This document shows, one piece after another, positions 1 to 13,240 of a stretch of 64,000 nt of DNA (its first letter is position 1; every line of letters starts with the position of its first letter). Under the pieces are notes generated by a model. It did not search any database. It had not been told where the DNA came from and was given only the letters and a program-made list of their open reading frames with translations. Origin of the DNA: Amphiscolops sp. MND2022 (Eukaryota); NCBI GenBank assembly GCA_964187785.1, contig OZ076409.1, forward strand, positions 38,194,001 to 38,258,000, read 5' to 3'. The translations under genes and the position numbers were made by a program.

Positions 1-54
1 TGAAAAATTCAAAGTCTTCCCACTATGTTGCTTTCAATAATATCACTACTGTGC

Positions 55-260
55 AGTCGGCGCCCGCTTGAGGCTTAAAAGCGTGAAGTCTTTCAAATAT
101 GCTGAACAGCTGCTTTTAGAAAAATTTTGAAATTTGGAAAAAAAATTTGAAAAATTTTGTTTAGGAGTGAAAAAAAATTTCCTGATTTAAAATGTCTTAC
201 ATGCCTTCGGTGAGATGGAAAACGTCGCACAGTGCCGAAAGATCCAACAGGGTACCCTTT
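55..260 (-). mobile_element. Fragment of Helentron-type non-autonomous element (HINE family 1), 3' part
   Basis: Reverse strand reads ttttaagcctcaagcgggcgccgact (3' sub-TIR of family 1) and contains the family motifs ttcggcactgtg and aagggtaccc. Confidence 0.5.
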
Positions 261-407
261 GCTCTTTTACTTTCGCTTTTACTTTTTCAAGCTGCTTTTG
301 ATCAACATTATTGTTCTATTGTGTTTATTGTAGTTTTTTCTTGTTTTTGAGTTTCACCTACATCTGCTCTGGAATTTTTGGCACAGTTTTAACACCCCTG
401 ATAAATA

Positions 408-1279
408 CCCAGGTTTTCGACCTTTGCGAATCTGTGCAGATCTGCAGGATTTTTGCAGATCTTTGCAGATATGTGCAGATCTGCAGGATTTTTGCAGATC
501 TTTGCAGATATGTGCAGATTCGAAGAAAAATGACCTTATCAGAAACACACTAAAAACCAAACAGCTATGTCAAACGAATAATAAAAATGTTTAAAACTCG
601 AGCGAAGTCTCATCTATGTCAAAATGATGAAACATTTTTCTGCAGCAATCTGTACAGATCTGTAGAGTTTTGCACATCTTTACAGATCTTTACAGATCCA
701 AACAAAGACCAATAAATTACTATAACGTATTCCGAGTTACCAGAACTTATTAAAATTACTCCAACAAACCATGTTCCCGAGATATTACAACAACAACACT
801 TTATCAACACATCTACCAACCCAGAAGGTTGCCACATGTCAAATATCATCCGTCAAAACGAAGTCAATGAGGCAAACGAGCTTCTCAAAGTTCAACAACC
901 ACATCTGCAAAGTTCAAGTGAAATGGATAAATTACGGTGTATAACCAATACGGCTCATTCTCCAGTCACCATAACTACCGTGATGGGGGCAATCTTTTTT
1001 TCTCGAGAATTTTGAGTGATCGAGAGTATCAACTGACTGAGCCTTGGTCAGCTAAAGTAGTTGATGAAGTAGTTAAAGAAGACCAAAAATGCAGTCATTG
1101 ATTCCTTAGAAGCTGCAGAAAAACATATTTCTGCAAAAATCTTTAGAGAAAATCTGCACACTTCTGTAAAGATCTTGCAGATCTGTATGGATCTGCACGA
1201 TTCAGTGCAACGATCTTTGCAGAACCCTGCAGAAAAATCCTGCAGATCTGCACAGATTCGCAAAGATCGAAAACCTGGG
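408..1279. mobile_element. Non-autonomous DNA transposon (MITE) with long TIRs and TA flanks
   Basis: TA|CCCAGGTTTTCGACCTTTGCGAATCTGTGCAGATCTGCAGGATTTTT ... near-perfect reverse complement ending CCTGGG|TA; many subterminal TGCAGATCT repeats; no coding capacity. Confidence 0.85.
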
Positions 1280-1979
1280 TAACTGAAGCTACGTAATACA
1301 TTTTAAAACAATATAGAGTTTCAAATATCGGCCTCAAAATGTGAAAATGCTCTTCATGAATTATGATAGCAAATTAAATTTCTGCAAGGAACGTTGTAAT
1401 TATTATTTAATTTACAAAGTTGCTGTTACAAAAACTGAACACTGGCTTCTAGGCAATCTCTAGAATCAACAGAATCTGACAGTTTGAGGCAAGTTTTTTT
1501 CAAAAACTCGACTAAAAGCAGAAACTATTTTTTGGGTCATTTTTCGCCTGTATTTTACTCAATGCACTGATCAAAAATGGAAATGACAGCAGATAAAAGA
1601 TTTCAATGAGCTTGAAGAAGACAATAGTTAAAACTGCTTGAACCTTTTACAAGTTTTTACAAGTTACCAAGCTAAAATTTCATGCATCTCAATTTCACTG
1701 ATTCAATTGATTTTTATCAAGCTGTCTGGTACATATGTCTTCAATTTGGCGGCAATTTCGAGCCGCGAAGTTTTGCAGGCTTCATTAAAAAGCCCTTCTA
1801 ATTTCTAAGACAGCTCGGACTTCATCCATTTTAATGCAATTCAACTTCAGTCAAGTTTTAAGTTTCACAGTAGTGTCGTCTTCATCGTGCAACTTGACTA
1901 AAGATTATCTTGACTTATAACGCAAGTTGAGCACAAACAGTACACGCTATATTGTCACACAAGTTCCCGAAAACTTCCA

Positions 1980-2306
1980 TTTTTAGTCGGCGCTTTTCTA
2001 GAGAAAAGAGTCGACTATAGTCATGGCTTTTCGTCAGTGATACACTTGTGATACACTTGTGATAACGTTTTGTGATACACCTGAATTGACCAAAATAGTT
2101 CTACCCCAAAAGTTCTAAAAATTTTAAGAAGACGCCAAATTGTACCCGTTGGCATTTTGTACCCGTTTTTTCGGCAATTTGAGTCTTTTTTTCAACTTTT
2201 TTTTCATAAAAAGGTCCCCTATTCACCCATACTTTGACACTTTGAAGTCCTTTTTCTATTTTTGAGCTTTAGATATAGCGCTGACTTGGGCCGGTCCCGG
2301 CTTGTT
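1980..2306 (+). mobile_element. Complete Helentron-type non-autonomous element (HINE/DINE-1-like, family 1)
   Basis: 5' T-run + AGTCGGCGC sub-TIR with stem-loop; internal GTGATACACTT tandem; 3' GCGCTGACT sub-TIR + GCCGG-TC-CCGGC hairpin + TTGTT. Confidence 0.75.
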
Positions 2307-2386
2307 TGTTAACAACTGGCCTTGCATGCATGAAAGCAGCATGAAAAACTTCCCAGGAGTTTCAACTAGGGTGGTGTTGTATCCTG

Positions 2387-2655
2387 TTTTTAGTCGGCGC
2401 GTTTCGAAGAAAAACGCAGACTATAGTAGTGACTTTTTTTAAGACCAACGAACTGACTGATTTTATAAATTTTATAAGTAAGCACTAACACTGCTGTCTG
2501 GCACTAACATTGTCTGGCACTAACACTAAACCACACTGGCATAGAGGTTACGGCTTTTTGAGGTCTGCCAAGCGGAAGGACATGGGTTCGAGTCCCGCCC
2601 TTGACCAAATTTTTTTGTGTAGATTTTTTTTAATGTCTCTGAAGGGTCCACCCAC
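2387..2655 (+). mobile_element. 3'-truncated HINE family 1 copy carrying a tRNA-like segment
   Basis: 5' end tttttagtcggcgc...gactatagt as at 1980; short TGTCTGGCACTAACA tandem; tRNA-like A/B boxes; no 3' end found. Confidence 0.6.
2531..2606 (+). pseudogene. tRNA-derived (Gly-GCC-like) pseudogene inside HINE
   Basis: A-box TGGCATAGAGG (2537), CT-GCC-AA loop followed by GCGGA, B-box GGTTCGAGTCC (2585); acceptor stem not intact. Confidence 0.5.
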
Positions 2656-2795
2656 CATGGTGTATTATTTTCTTCAGCTGGGTTCCATAGACAAAAGTTT
2701 TTAAAATGTTCATAACTAAGAAGTTATTAAGAAGGGTTAAACGTCTACTAAAACTACTTTGATCGAATTCAGTGAATTGGATTGATCTTGTTCAG

Positions 2796-2955
2796 ACGAA
2801 GCGACAACAACGACGGCCGATCGATGTTTGCTCTGTCTGCCCAAGACGCGGCTGTTGCCATCTGGCCAAGCATGGCCCGTGCTCTACTCAAGTACCTGCG
2901 GGTGACCCGACACACTCACATCTACCGCCAATCAGACCTCCTCGAACACCTCCAG
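2796..2955 (+). CDS. Vangl: Vang/Strabismus (Vangl) internal exon, cytoplasmic C-terminal region
   Basis: After acceptor ttgttcag, translates RSDNNDGRSMFALSAQDAAVAIWPSMARALLKYLRVTRHTHIYRQSDLLEHLQ, matching recalled vertebrate VANGL2 [41 protein letters not shown]. Ends at CAG|GCATGA (GC donor). Confidence 0.9.
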
Positions 2956-3596
2956 GCATGATCGCAATATTTCACCCACACAAGTGTCTCACAAAAAACT
3001 ATCACCTAAGGCCGTATCAAGATTGAAAAATGCTTAAAGTTGGACTATTTCGACGGACGAAGTTACATAACTTTGTATGAAATTAGCTGAAAACAATGGT
3101 TAACTTTGCTAACTCAGACTTTGAAAGATTTTAGGATACATTTTCATTTAGGATACATTGAAAAGTTTTGACAAAATACAGTTTTGGACAGTACAATTTC
3201 AGATTGAAAAAAAAACTATGACAGTATTGATGGATGGAACTTTTTGAATTGATTTTTGTCAATTTCAGTGGCTAGAGAACAAAAAAATAATCACTCTTAT
3301 CATTCGGGTATATAGAAAGTCTTTATGGTACCTTCCCCCTAATGCATCGTCGGAGTTAATATCCATGTTTGCAGAAAAGTTTGAAACAAAATTTGCCTGA
3401 TTGAAATAGAAAAACATTTTCAAACACAAAACCTTCGTATACTGGGTAGTTTCAGCATTTATTAGCAAACTTTTTTGGACTATCGGTGACAAAACTGAAA
3501 TTTCGAGGTCAATTTGAACATCTGAATACTTCGCGCTAAAATCTAATGAACAACTTCTGTCTTTTTAGGAATTATTTACTGATATGTTTCTACTAT

Positions 3597-3960
3597 CGTC
3601 TGCTAAGCTCTCATATGCTTAATTGGTCACATACTACCCCAGTCAAATCGTGATCTTACGCACCGGTTAGACTACAGGCCAGTTCGGTAAGATCACAGTG
3701 GCAAGATGCCATAAGAACTTTAAGAGCCCGAACTGACACTCTAGTGGACACCAGGACAACTCAAGGATTGTAAGTCCTTAACGGGATAACTCAAGGATTG
3801 TAAAGACTGCTGAACATTTCCCCAGTTTTCCAAAACAATTGCAAGTACTCACCAGTCTTGATCCAGTTCTTAGCAGTCCTTGAGAAATTTTCATGAGAAA
3901 TTCGAAGTTGCATATAGGGCGATGCCATAATCGTTATGAGTAGGAAAGGGTAGTTGCTTG
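3597..3960 (+). repeat. Dispersed repeat shared with 58310-58510 and 58820-59150
   Basis: Shared blocks cgtctgctaagctct, caccggttagactacaggcca and cttagcagtc..tgagaaattt..atga.aaattcgaagttgcatatagggcg. Confidence 0.75.
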
Positions 3961-4287
3961 TAATTTCTGTCACTTTTGTGTAATTTGTTTGAATTTTGCT
4001 TTTGCGTCTGAAAGATAAAACACTAACCAAGCTTTACGACGACCCGGTTGACAGCTTGCGGACAATTCTAAATCTATTTGTTCAGGAAAACCACTTGTAA
4101 AATCCAGTACACAAAACCATTAATAGGTGATATCCCAACTTTTCCAATTGAAAAACTTGGCTAGAGTTACTTTGAAGAAGTTTCCGAATTCGGTGAAGCA
4201 ATTACTGCATCTTTGACATTGGACTTATTCTGTTTCACAAACATAAAGTAACTTTGAAATGTTAAACGATAACCATAGGAATCAACT

Positions 4288-5138
4288 TAGCTGTCTCGAT
4301 GAGCGGTAGCGTCGTTAATCTGATAAACCAAACGATAAATCCAAATCCTTGAGTCCACGATAACTTCCTCGAGCAAAAATATCGTAACCATCGGCAATAT
4401 AGAAAAAATTGATGCTGGAATTTCGAAACAATATATTATCACTTGCTCAAATCCGAAAAAGCTCTTCAATTGCCAGAGTTAACTGAATTAATTGCACGAG
4501 AAACTTCAAAACTTTGACTTTCTTCAATACTTGAATAGCAAAGTCGACCGAATTGAATCTCTACTTGGTTGTGTCTCTTTGGTAGAAGTTAACTCCGGTT
4601 TCTTTTGCATGCAGGAAATACATCAGGATAGACGTTTATAGTTAAATTTACTATGACCATACAAGCGCCTTGATATATAGAGCAAGTTCATACGAATAAC
4701 ATATCTGACTTGTAAGTATACACCAAAATATGTAAAAGTATTTGTAAAAAGCATACTTTTAAGCAAGATTAAGGCATAGATATACACTTCTTATTTGCTG
4801 TTAGATAATTAGCGATGTTCTCAAATAGTCCTCGTGGGTCCTAAGAACACCCACGTAGCCCAAATATTGCGTTCATAACATTGCGTTCAAACATTGAAGT
4901 CCAAATTTAAACTGACTTCCAAAAACTGATCAAAAATGACCCAGAAGACTAAAGTTGAAACTTTTTGGCTCCGATTTCTATTTTTATGGTCTTGATTTCT
5001 CATTTGGGTCAAAACATGTCGAAAGGAAGAAAAACTTACACTCAGATCCAACTCCCCACTTTTTTACAGCATTTTGAAACTTGCTTAATTGACATATTTT
5101 TTCTTCATTTTTTCTAAACATAGTTTGAGGGGCCAACA
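4288..5138 (-). repeat. BEL 3' LTR (outer end apparently clipped)
   Basis: Aligns with 13249-14108 with many substitutions; ends gccaaca on + strand; no TSD recoverable. Confidence 0.85.
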
Positions 5139-6703
5139 ATTCCGGCCACGTTTTAAGCTCAAAAACGCTTTTCGAAAAGTGGCGCCAGTTTAACCACAGG
5201 TCGTTTTAAAGTTCCATCGACAGTTTGGATCAATGCTGAACTCACAATACCATCTTTTTCAGGGTAAACTGCTAAGACGCGTGCCATCTTGAAGTGAGAC
5301 CGTTTTACATTGTCTTCTATCAGACGAAAAAGATCTCCAGTTTCAAGATTCGGTCCTGATTTGTTCCAATGAGCTTTCACATTGTTCTGGGGAAGGTATT
5401 CTTTAATCCATCGCTTCCAAATCATGTCGGCATAAGCTTGGCTCGATCCAAACGTCTTTCTATGATTACCACAAAACTTTGCGTTTCGAATAAATGGAAT
5501 GCAAACATTTGCACGACCCAGAATAAAATGGTTCGGTGTGAATGCTTCAGGATCCTCGGGATCATCGCTTGCTTGAGTAATAGGACGCGCATACAATGTT
5601 TGTTCCCCTAAGCACATGAAATTTAGCAAAACTTCATCTGTAAGAGATCGATTCCCCTATTTAGCCACCATTGTCTTTTTGCGGCTTCTAACCAAACTCT
5701 CCCATACATCACCAAAATGTGGCTCCCCATGTGGTTTAAACTTCTATACAACGTGATTTGAAGCCAACTCTGAAGTAGTAATTTGGCCATGATTCCACGA
5801 GTTGATGTACTCTTTCAACTCTCTCGCCGATCCAACGAAATTAGTACCGCTATCCCTAATGACAGTACTTGACTTGCCACGTCTAGCAAAAAATCTGTTG
5901 GAAACTAGCAAGCAAGAATCTGTGTCATGGCTTCGAACCACTTCAATGTGTACTGCTCTGGTAGTTAAACATGTAAATAAACATTACCTACGTTTCATAG
6001 AGGAGGACAGAAAAAATCCATCCCATCGTTGGTTAACTAGTACGATTGATAATCAAATCTCTCGGAGTAAATCGGCCACAAGTGAGTGGTAATTTGTGCA
6101 CGTAATTTGCGACAGAAAACACAACTAGTTTTGAAACTCCTCAAAGCGTTGCGTAAACCTATTACACAAAATTTCTGTTGAATGACACTTGTCACATACT
6201 CTATACCTTCATGATTGTGTTCCAAGTGTAGATCTCGCAAAATGGTTATTACATTGTCATGTTTCGTAGATAACAATACAGTATGACGTTGCTCAAAACT
6301 TAAATTGGCATGTTTGATGCGACCCCTTCTTCTGATAACTCCCTTTTTATCAGAAAAGTGTGCAAATTTTGATCGATTCCCGCCTTTTTTTACTTCTTCC
6401 GAAACTTACCTTCTCACTAAAAGTTCAGCAAAAGATTCTCACTGAATCGTGTTCAAAACTTGTTCTTCTGCTCGAATCAATTCTTCAACGAGTAAATCTT
6501 TAGGTTGACTTTTGAACTTCAAACGCAAACAAAACGCAATAACACGTACGCATTGTAAGAAACTACGGAATTTATGCCAATAAAATGGTGGCTCCTGAAT
6601 CATACTTGTGTTTGCAATTACTGCAACTTCAGCATGATCAGCAGACCCCTCATTAATTGACTGCAAAGATAAAGTTCAATCATCAGGATGGTCTTTCAAC
6701 CAA

Positions 6704-7163
6704 CATTACGATACATATCGATACAAATACCGCAACGAACTAGCAAGATCTTGCTAGTTCGAATAACAACCAATAAAAACGCGTTCATATATCAGATACG
6801 CGTTACGAGTTTTGCTCGTTACACTGTGTGATTTGGCGTTACGCGTAGTGATCAAAATACAGTAAAGGACTACTTTACACTCTGTACAATTACATACTTT
6901 CACTGGTTTCCACTTCACACACGAATGGAAGCATCCTTTGGGGTCATTTTTATTCACGGTGTGTACCAAAATTCTTTACTGGTTTCCACATTTTCTACTT
7001 ACGCTCAATGATCTCAATCCGTTTTTTCTGATTACACTGTGCATCACAATCCGCGATGAACACGATGCACTGATTGACTATAATACGGTTCGCTCTCGTT
7101 TTACGGAAAATACATTTTACACTTGATGATAAATTCCACTTTTGCGGCATGTGTTTCGTATTG
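6704..7163. mobile_element. Non-autonomous CACTA/CMC-like element inserted in BEL pol, 2-bp TSD (AA)
   Basis: Termini CATTACGATACA... / ...TGTTTCGTATTG; removing it plus one AA restores BEL codons CCT TCT TGG TTG AAA (PSWLK). Confidence 0.8.
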
Positions 7164-9488
7164 AAGAAGGTCAGGTTAACCAATCACTTTCGGATAACTT
7201 CCACATGGTTATCCCAGAGTTCCAATATCAGATGGATTCAACTCACCACGATATGTTTCCATTCATAATATAGGATTTTTTCCAGAATTTTAGCTGCTCT
7301 GTTGGCAACAGAGTCATTCTGCTTTTTATTCGGTGAGTTTAACCATTGCACTACAGTAACGGAATCTGTCCAATGAGTAATACTGATGATATGTACATCG
7401 TGTTTTGAATAATCAATTTTCTCAACCTCACGGAATACAAGGCTGCTTGTAACTCAAACCTCGCAATAGACAACTGTTTGATAGGAGCTATTCAGCATTT
7501 ACCCACTACAAAGGACATTTCGATGCCATCTTCTATTTCTGCTCGTAAATATGCAACAATGCACATAATCCAATGACGCATCACTGAAAAAATGTAACTG
7601 CACGTTCTTGGGGAAATTGAAAAAATACTTCCGAGGAAGATAAATCTGCTTAATCGTCTGCATTTTCGCTTATCTTCTTCACTGATGTTTCCATCCGATG
7701 ACTGTCCAAAACGAATCCAAATGATATTCAGACGAATTCTCATGCGCATAGTAAACCGTGCAAAGTTTTCCATGCGATCAAATACAGATGAAACACAAAT
7801 GATAGCACGACTCGTTGCGGTACTTCTTTTTGGACATTCTTTATTTGGTCCTCGGCAAGTTTGAAGAGTATCTTCAGCTATGATCCATTCGAGACCTAGG
7901 ATGGGTGATGATTCAGCACTCAATGTATATTCATTAGATTCTAACTGATCTTCTGGAGGAATAATTTCCAGCACTTCAGGGCAATTGCCCACTTCTTCAA
8001 GGTGAAGCCAATGAGCTTCAATGTTTCCAGCAACTGATGATAACATTCTATGGCCTCTGGTGGTGTATCAACACTCTTGACAAGGTCGCCCATATAGACG
8101 CGTCTGTCTAATGTAGCGGCTGCCACAGGAACCTCCCTTCTATTGTCTCTACTGCTTTCTTGGAAGCCATTAATGCCACACGTTGGAGAACTCTTTGCTC
8201 CAAACAGATGCAAATTGTACTCAAATATTCCCATGTTATCCCATGGCTTGTCGCGTCAAAGAAAACGTAAACCTCTACATTCTTCCTTTGGAACTGGTAC
8301 TTGTAAAAACATAGTCTATGTCGGCAGTGGTAGCTATCTGAATTTCTCTCAACCTAAAAACAATTCCAAGTAGACTCCGCAATAAGTCAGCTCTACTTAA
8401 TAGTTTATCCTTCAAGGAATTTCCCTTGAGTTTTGAGGCTGCGTTGCAAACTCTTCTGACTTTTCCTTGTTTGTGCGATTGTTTCACTGGGTGATGAGGT
8501 AAGTACCTTCGCTTATTTTTTTACAGCGTTTCTTCCTGGTCGAGTTTTCGTACAAAATTACATTCCAAATCATTTTCAATAGTAGCTTGATGTGCATTTT
8601 TCACTTCAAAGTCCCTCCCTAGTCTCATTTCCATCAACAAGAACTGTTGATAAGATGAATATTAATTGTTAGGCAAATCGGGATTGTCATCAGACCACAT
8701 TAAACCAACTTCATAACGCTCACCGTTATGTTTAGTTGTTCCTTCTAAAACTGACAATGCTCTCCTTTTTTTCTTTGGATCGACCAGAGACATCATATAA
8801 AACACTGACGCATTTGTCTCCATGTGCCACCCTTTTTTCATCTGATTAGCAAATGGGTTGGTTGCAACCGCAAGGTTACAAGAGACGGATAAGTTACTTG
8901 TTTCCTTTTTTGGCGAAGCTCTGCTAATGATCCAACCCAGTGCGGTTTTAACTGCCCCTGGTTGATTTACATTCCATATTTAAATTCCAGCGGCCTGATC
9001 AAATGATAGACATTATGACCGAGAGCGACTTTACCATCAGTGATAGAGACCTTAATGGTAGGCAGATCAGATATGTAACTGTAATCTTCTTTCTGAAGTC
9101 ATAGTCCTTTTCGCCAACATTTAAGTTAGGGTGACTACAGAACTTTATACTATCTCCAGCAGTTTCTGCTTTGCTTCAACTAATTTTGGCAATTACGATT
9201 TGAGTTTTCAAGTCAGACAAACCATGAATGCCAGCGATGGACATTATTGATTTTTTACCTTTCAGCCTGGGAAGATCAACCAACGTTTGATCCATAAAAG
9301 AAACAGTGGATCCGGTAACACAGAATGCATTGGTTTCAACTCATTTTGCATTTTTTTCAACACACGTTTTTCATTACCTATCGAAATACGTTCTTACAGG
9401 ACTCAACAGTAAGAAACCGTTGTTTCCCGTCGACATCATAGAAGAGCTGCCGACTCTGTTGAGATGCCGGGGCTTCTGTTCTCTTGTC

Positions 9489-10987
9489 CATTACGAGACC
9501 TATCCCGGTAACGAACTAGCAGGATCCTGCTAGTTCGATTTTCGTCCAATCAGAGCGCAAATCTTTTTTGGAAATTTTACACTTGTCACACATTACACGT
9601 AATGATAAGTCATTACACTAGTTGACACAGCTTCGTAAATTGTCCAGTTTACACCATCGGAAATTACAGTAAATGACTAGTTTACACCAATCATCGTTTC
9701 TTCGCAATTGGACTACCTACACTGTGCATCTCATAATTACACATAGTTCTGGTAATCACGGGTTGTTCTTGTGAGTTACACATGTTGACTCATAACTACA
9801 CGACTTGATTCGCATACACAGTATCAATCAGTCAATCTTATTACATTAGTAGGACTATAATTAGTAGTACTGGTAAATAGACACTGACAGTGCTCATGGA
9901 AGTGCTCACGACAGGGACCAAAAATACCAAGTTCAATAAATTGATGACCGATCAATCGCCCATTCAGAGTATACGTACATGCGTATTTTTCACTGTCACT
10001 GCAAGAATTTGTAATCAGTTCATTGTTTCATGATTAATTATTGAAATCATTTTTATCAGTAAATACCCATTTTTGTTTTCAGGTTGATATATTTTCAAGT
10101 TTGTTAGGTTATTTTGTTGATCATGCTCGCCTCGGAATAGTGACCTACTTTCTTTTGTTTGGGGGGACTTTGATAGGGGGGTTGTTGTTTAATGAGAAAC
10201 AGTGTTAATGTGAGGGGGATAAGGCACATGGTCCAAGCTTCGTTTTATTTCCATAATTCATGATTGGTATATCATACACTATTGTTTTCGATTTGATAAT
10301 TTTTCAACTTCGTATCGACTATTTGTAACAACTTTTCCTGATGTTGCTCACGACGGGATCAAAAGTATGTAAATACCATCGATCAAAATACCCCGACCAT
10401 TGAATGATCAAATTGGAAGCCCGGTGACAAATCAATCAATTGTTTTAATAGTACTAATTAGTAGCTGCAAGGTATTTTATTTGCACGTGAAATGCGTGCA
10501 TGAAATACACGTATACACGTGCGTAACTTGCATTGAATGCAGTTTATACGTACTATGCATGGTACCGCTTAGTAATGATAACTAATTATAGTGAATCATT
10601 GTTTACTTTGACTGTTTTACGATGTGGTGGTTTCAAAATGAATTAAAATGAACACTGCGTTTTGAATGCACATAAACATGGTGTAAGTTAGTCAAACTTT
10701 GACCACATTCCACTTTTTGCAAATAGCAGATCGCCATACTTGCAGTAAGTGGAAGTTAGTCAAAGTTTTGACTGAATTACGAAAAAGTGTATTTCTGGAC
10801 TAACTTTCACTTTTCCTTAACTACGCGCCTTGACTAGTTTACACGATTTTCCATTACGCGCGTTGACACAGCTACACCGTCCAGGCATAGACCGTCTTGA
10901 CTGACTTACGCTGAATGACCATTTCAACGAATGAACAGTTTACGCTGCGTGACTGAAATCCACTTTACCGGGATGTGTATCGTATTG
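9489..10987. mobile_element. Non-autonomous CACTA/CMC-like element inserted in the BEL gag-protease linker, 2-bp TSD (TC)
   Basis: 23-bp imperfect TIRs CATTACGAGACCTATCCCGGTAA / TTACCGGGATGTGTATCGTATTG; TC on both sides; same family as 6704-7163. Confidence 0.8.
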
Positions 10988-13240
10988 TCCTTTGTGTCTT
11001 TATCTATTTTTTGCGCATCAGAGTGCAGAAGCCTGTTGTGTTTCTTAGTCCAACCATTCACACCACATACACGTTCTGACTTGCAGTCTTTAATCAGATG
11101 GGAAATAAGACAACAGAAACATAGTTTCAGTTTCTTCAAGGTTTCAAACAATTTGTTGACAGCTTGTAGTTTGAATTTGTTACACATCCAAATTTTATGT
11201 TCGCCATCTCTCAATAGACACTGTTTATCGGAAGGAGATGTTGATTTACCTTGGTTAGTCATTTGCAGCGAATGTTGGAGTCTTCACCTTTTCTGTCGAT
11301 CGAGACGCTTTTTTCTCAAATTGTGTTTTGAATTGCACCATCATTTCATCATGCACAGAAGCAACTTCATTGAACCAGTCACTAAACTTGCAAAGCACTG
11401 CACTATAACAGCCTTTGCTATTTGCAAGGAAAAACCATTTTGTTTTCAGCTCAGGCGGTAACTTCCTCAAAGCTGAATTGAGGACTGATTCTGAGTAAAG
11501 GTCTCTTGTGAAGCCAAATTGTTTCAAAAGATTGACACAAGTAGTGATCGACTGAGCATACTTTATAATAGCCGCTGAATCATGGGAATTGGTTAACGGA
11601 CTCAAATAGATTTGCTTCATCTGAGCATTCAAAATTGTTTGTGGACGTCCGAAATTAGTAACCGAAGCATTCTATTCAGCATTATACATGACTCCTGAGT
11701 ATCCAAGGCCCAGCAATAGCTGCCTTGGCTTTACGTTAATTGAGTGTTTTCAAATGATTCAATTTTGCATTGTCATCAAATGGCGCATTATGGATGGTAG
11801 CTATGAATGAACTGAACCATTCTGGCCATTTCACTGAATCTTCGTGAAATTCAGATAATATCATTTTAGGTAAACTTGTTTGAACAAAATGTACAGGTTG
11901 CTGGGGTAAAAAAGGGATATGAACTTTCTACGTTAAATTAGGGTTTCGCGAATTCAAACTTAGGCTTCGATTCGTCATTGCCTTGATGGAGTGAGGCGTT
12001 TCTTTCTAGGAAAAGTATTCCAGTGATTTTTTTCTGAGGTGACTTACTTTTACCTCGGTTTTGAGGTTGCGATGGCAGAGGTTGACTTTTCTGATGAGAC
12101 AATGTTGGAAACCTTTGAGGCAGTCTACTTGACCCACCTTTGTTTTCCATTTCATTACTAGACTCCTTCGGTTGGGAGAAGCCCTTTGCATTATTCTCAT
12201 CACTTTGTTCCAACCAACTTTTAATATCGTCGTTTTTGTCTTCATCAAGTGCGAGAGACATCAGGCTGGAACAGATTGTCGGGGCACGAAATGACCCTTC
12301 AGCTTCTTCGTTTTGCAGTCGTATTTTTTTCTTTTCAACGGTTTTTCTGCTTCCCATTTCAGCGATTCCATTTTCCGCTTCTAACTCTAAGAGCTTTTGG
12401 CTCATCTCTATTTCCATCTCCATTTGTTTCTTTGTTTTCTCTAATTTTACCTCTCGCTGCCTTTTCTCTATTTCCAACAGAAATTTCTGCTTTGAAACTT
12501 CACCATGCATCTCCAAACGTCGTCGTTAATTTAACCTTCACAAGTCAGAACCCACTTTTGAGCTGTGCGTTCGGTAGACATCACGTTTTAGCAAAGTTCT
12601 GGAAGGTGAGAGGTCCACTAGTGAACGTTTCCTTACTGTACTCAAAGTCGCTGATCCTGGTTTTCCAGGAGCAACTTCCGTAAGATTCTCATTTTTGTCG
12701 AACACGGTGGATTGGTTAACAGCTCTCAGCAATTTCAGACTCGTTTCCAGCGTATTGACTGCACTTGTGCTTAAATTCCGTGTCTGACCGCCTTTGTTGT
12801 CAGGGGATGTCACTGGAATGTCTTTATGAGAGAAAATTTCCCCAACCTATCTGAAGTTGAAGGTTCATTCCATTGATTTTTTCTTCATTCGAACGATCGA
12901 CATAGTTCAATGAATCTGTCGTCGCTTATGTATCTTCAAACTGATTTTATTATCCTTTTCAAATGTTGACAAGCTGCCAACTGATTCCGCTTTCAGCATG
13001 CCGCAAGCGTTTTCGTAAGCCCTATCCGGCTTTGTTTTTGTTTCTTGAAGTTTTTGAATGGATGATTTCACTTTTCTTGACCTTTCGTCTTGTTCCATTA
13101 ATTTGTCAATCGTATCTATTTCACGCGACAAAATTCGTTTCAATTCAGCGAATCGATAAATGATCTTACAAAACTTGAGTGATTCTCTCTCATCTTTCAA
13201 TCTTTTTGGAAGCGTGCTAATATACCCAAGATTGTCGTGA

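Noticed and set aside
21..27. CACTATG resembling a ProtoRAG TIR heptamer
   Set aside because: A 7-mer is expected by chance; no partner TIR or TSD found.
311..1337. Short ORFs with ICRIFADLC repeats
   Set aside because: Translations of MITE subterminal repeats.
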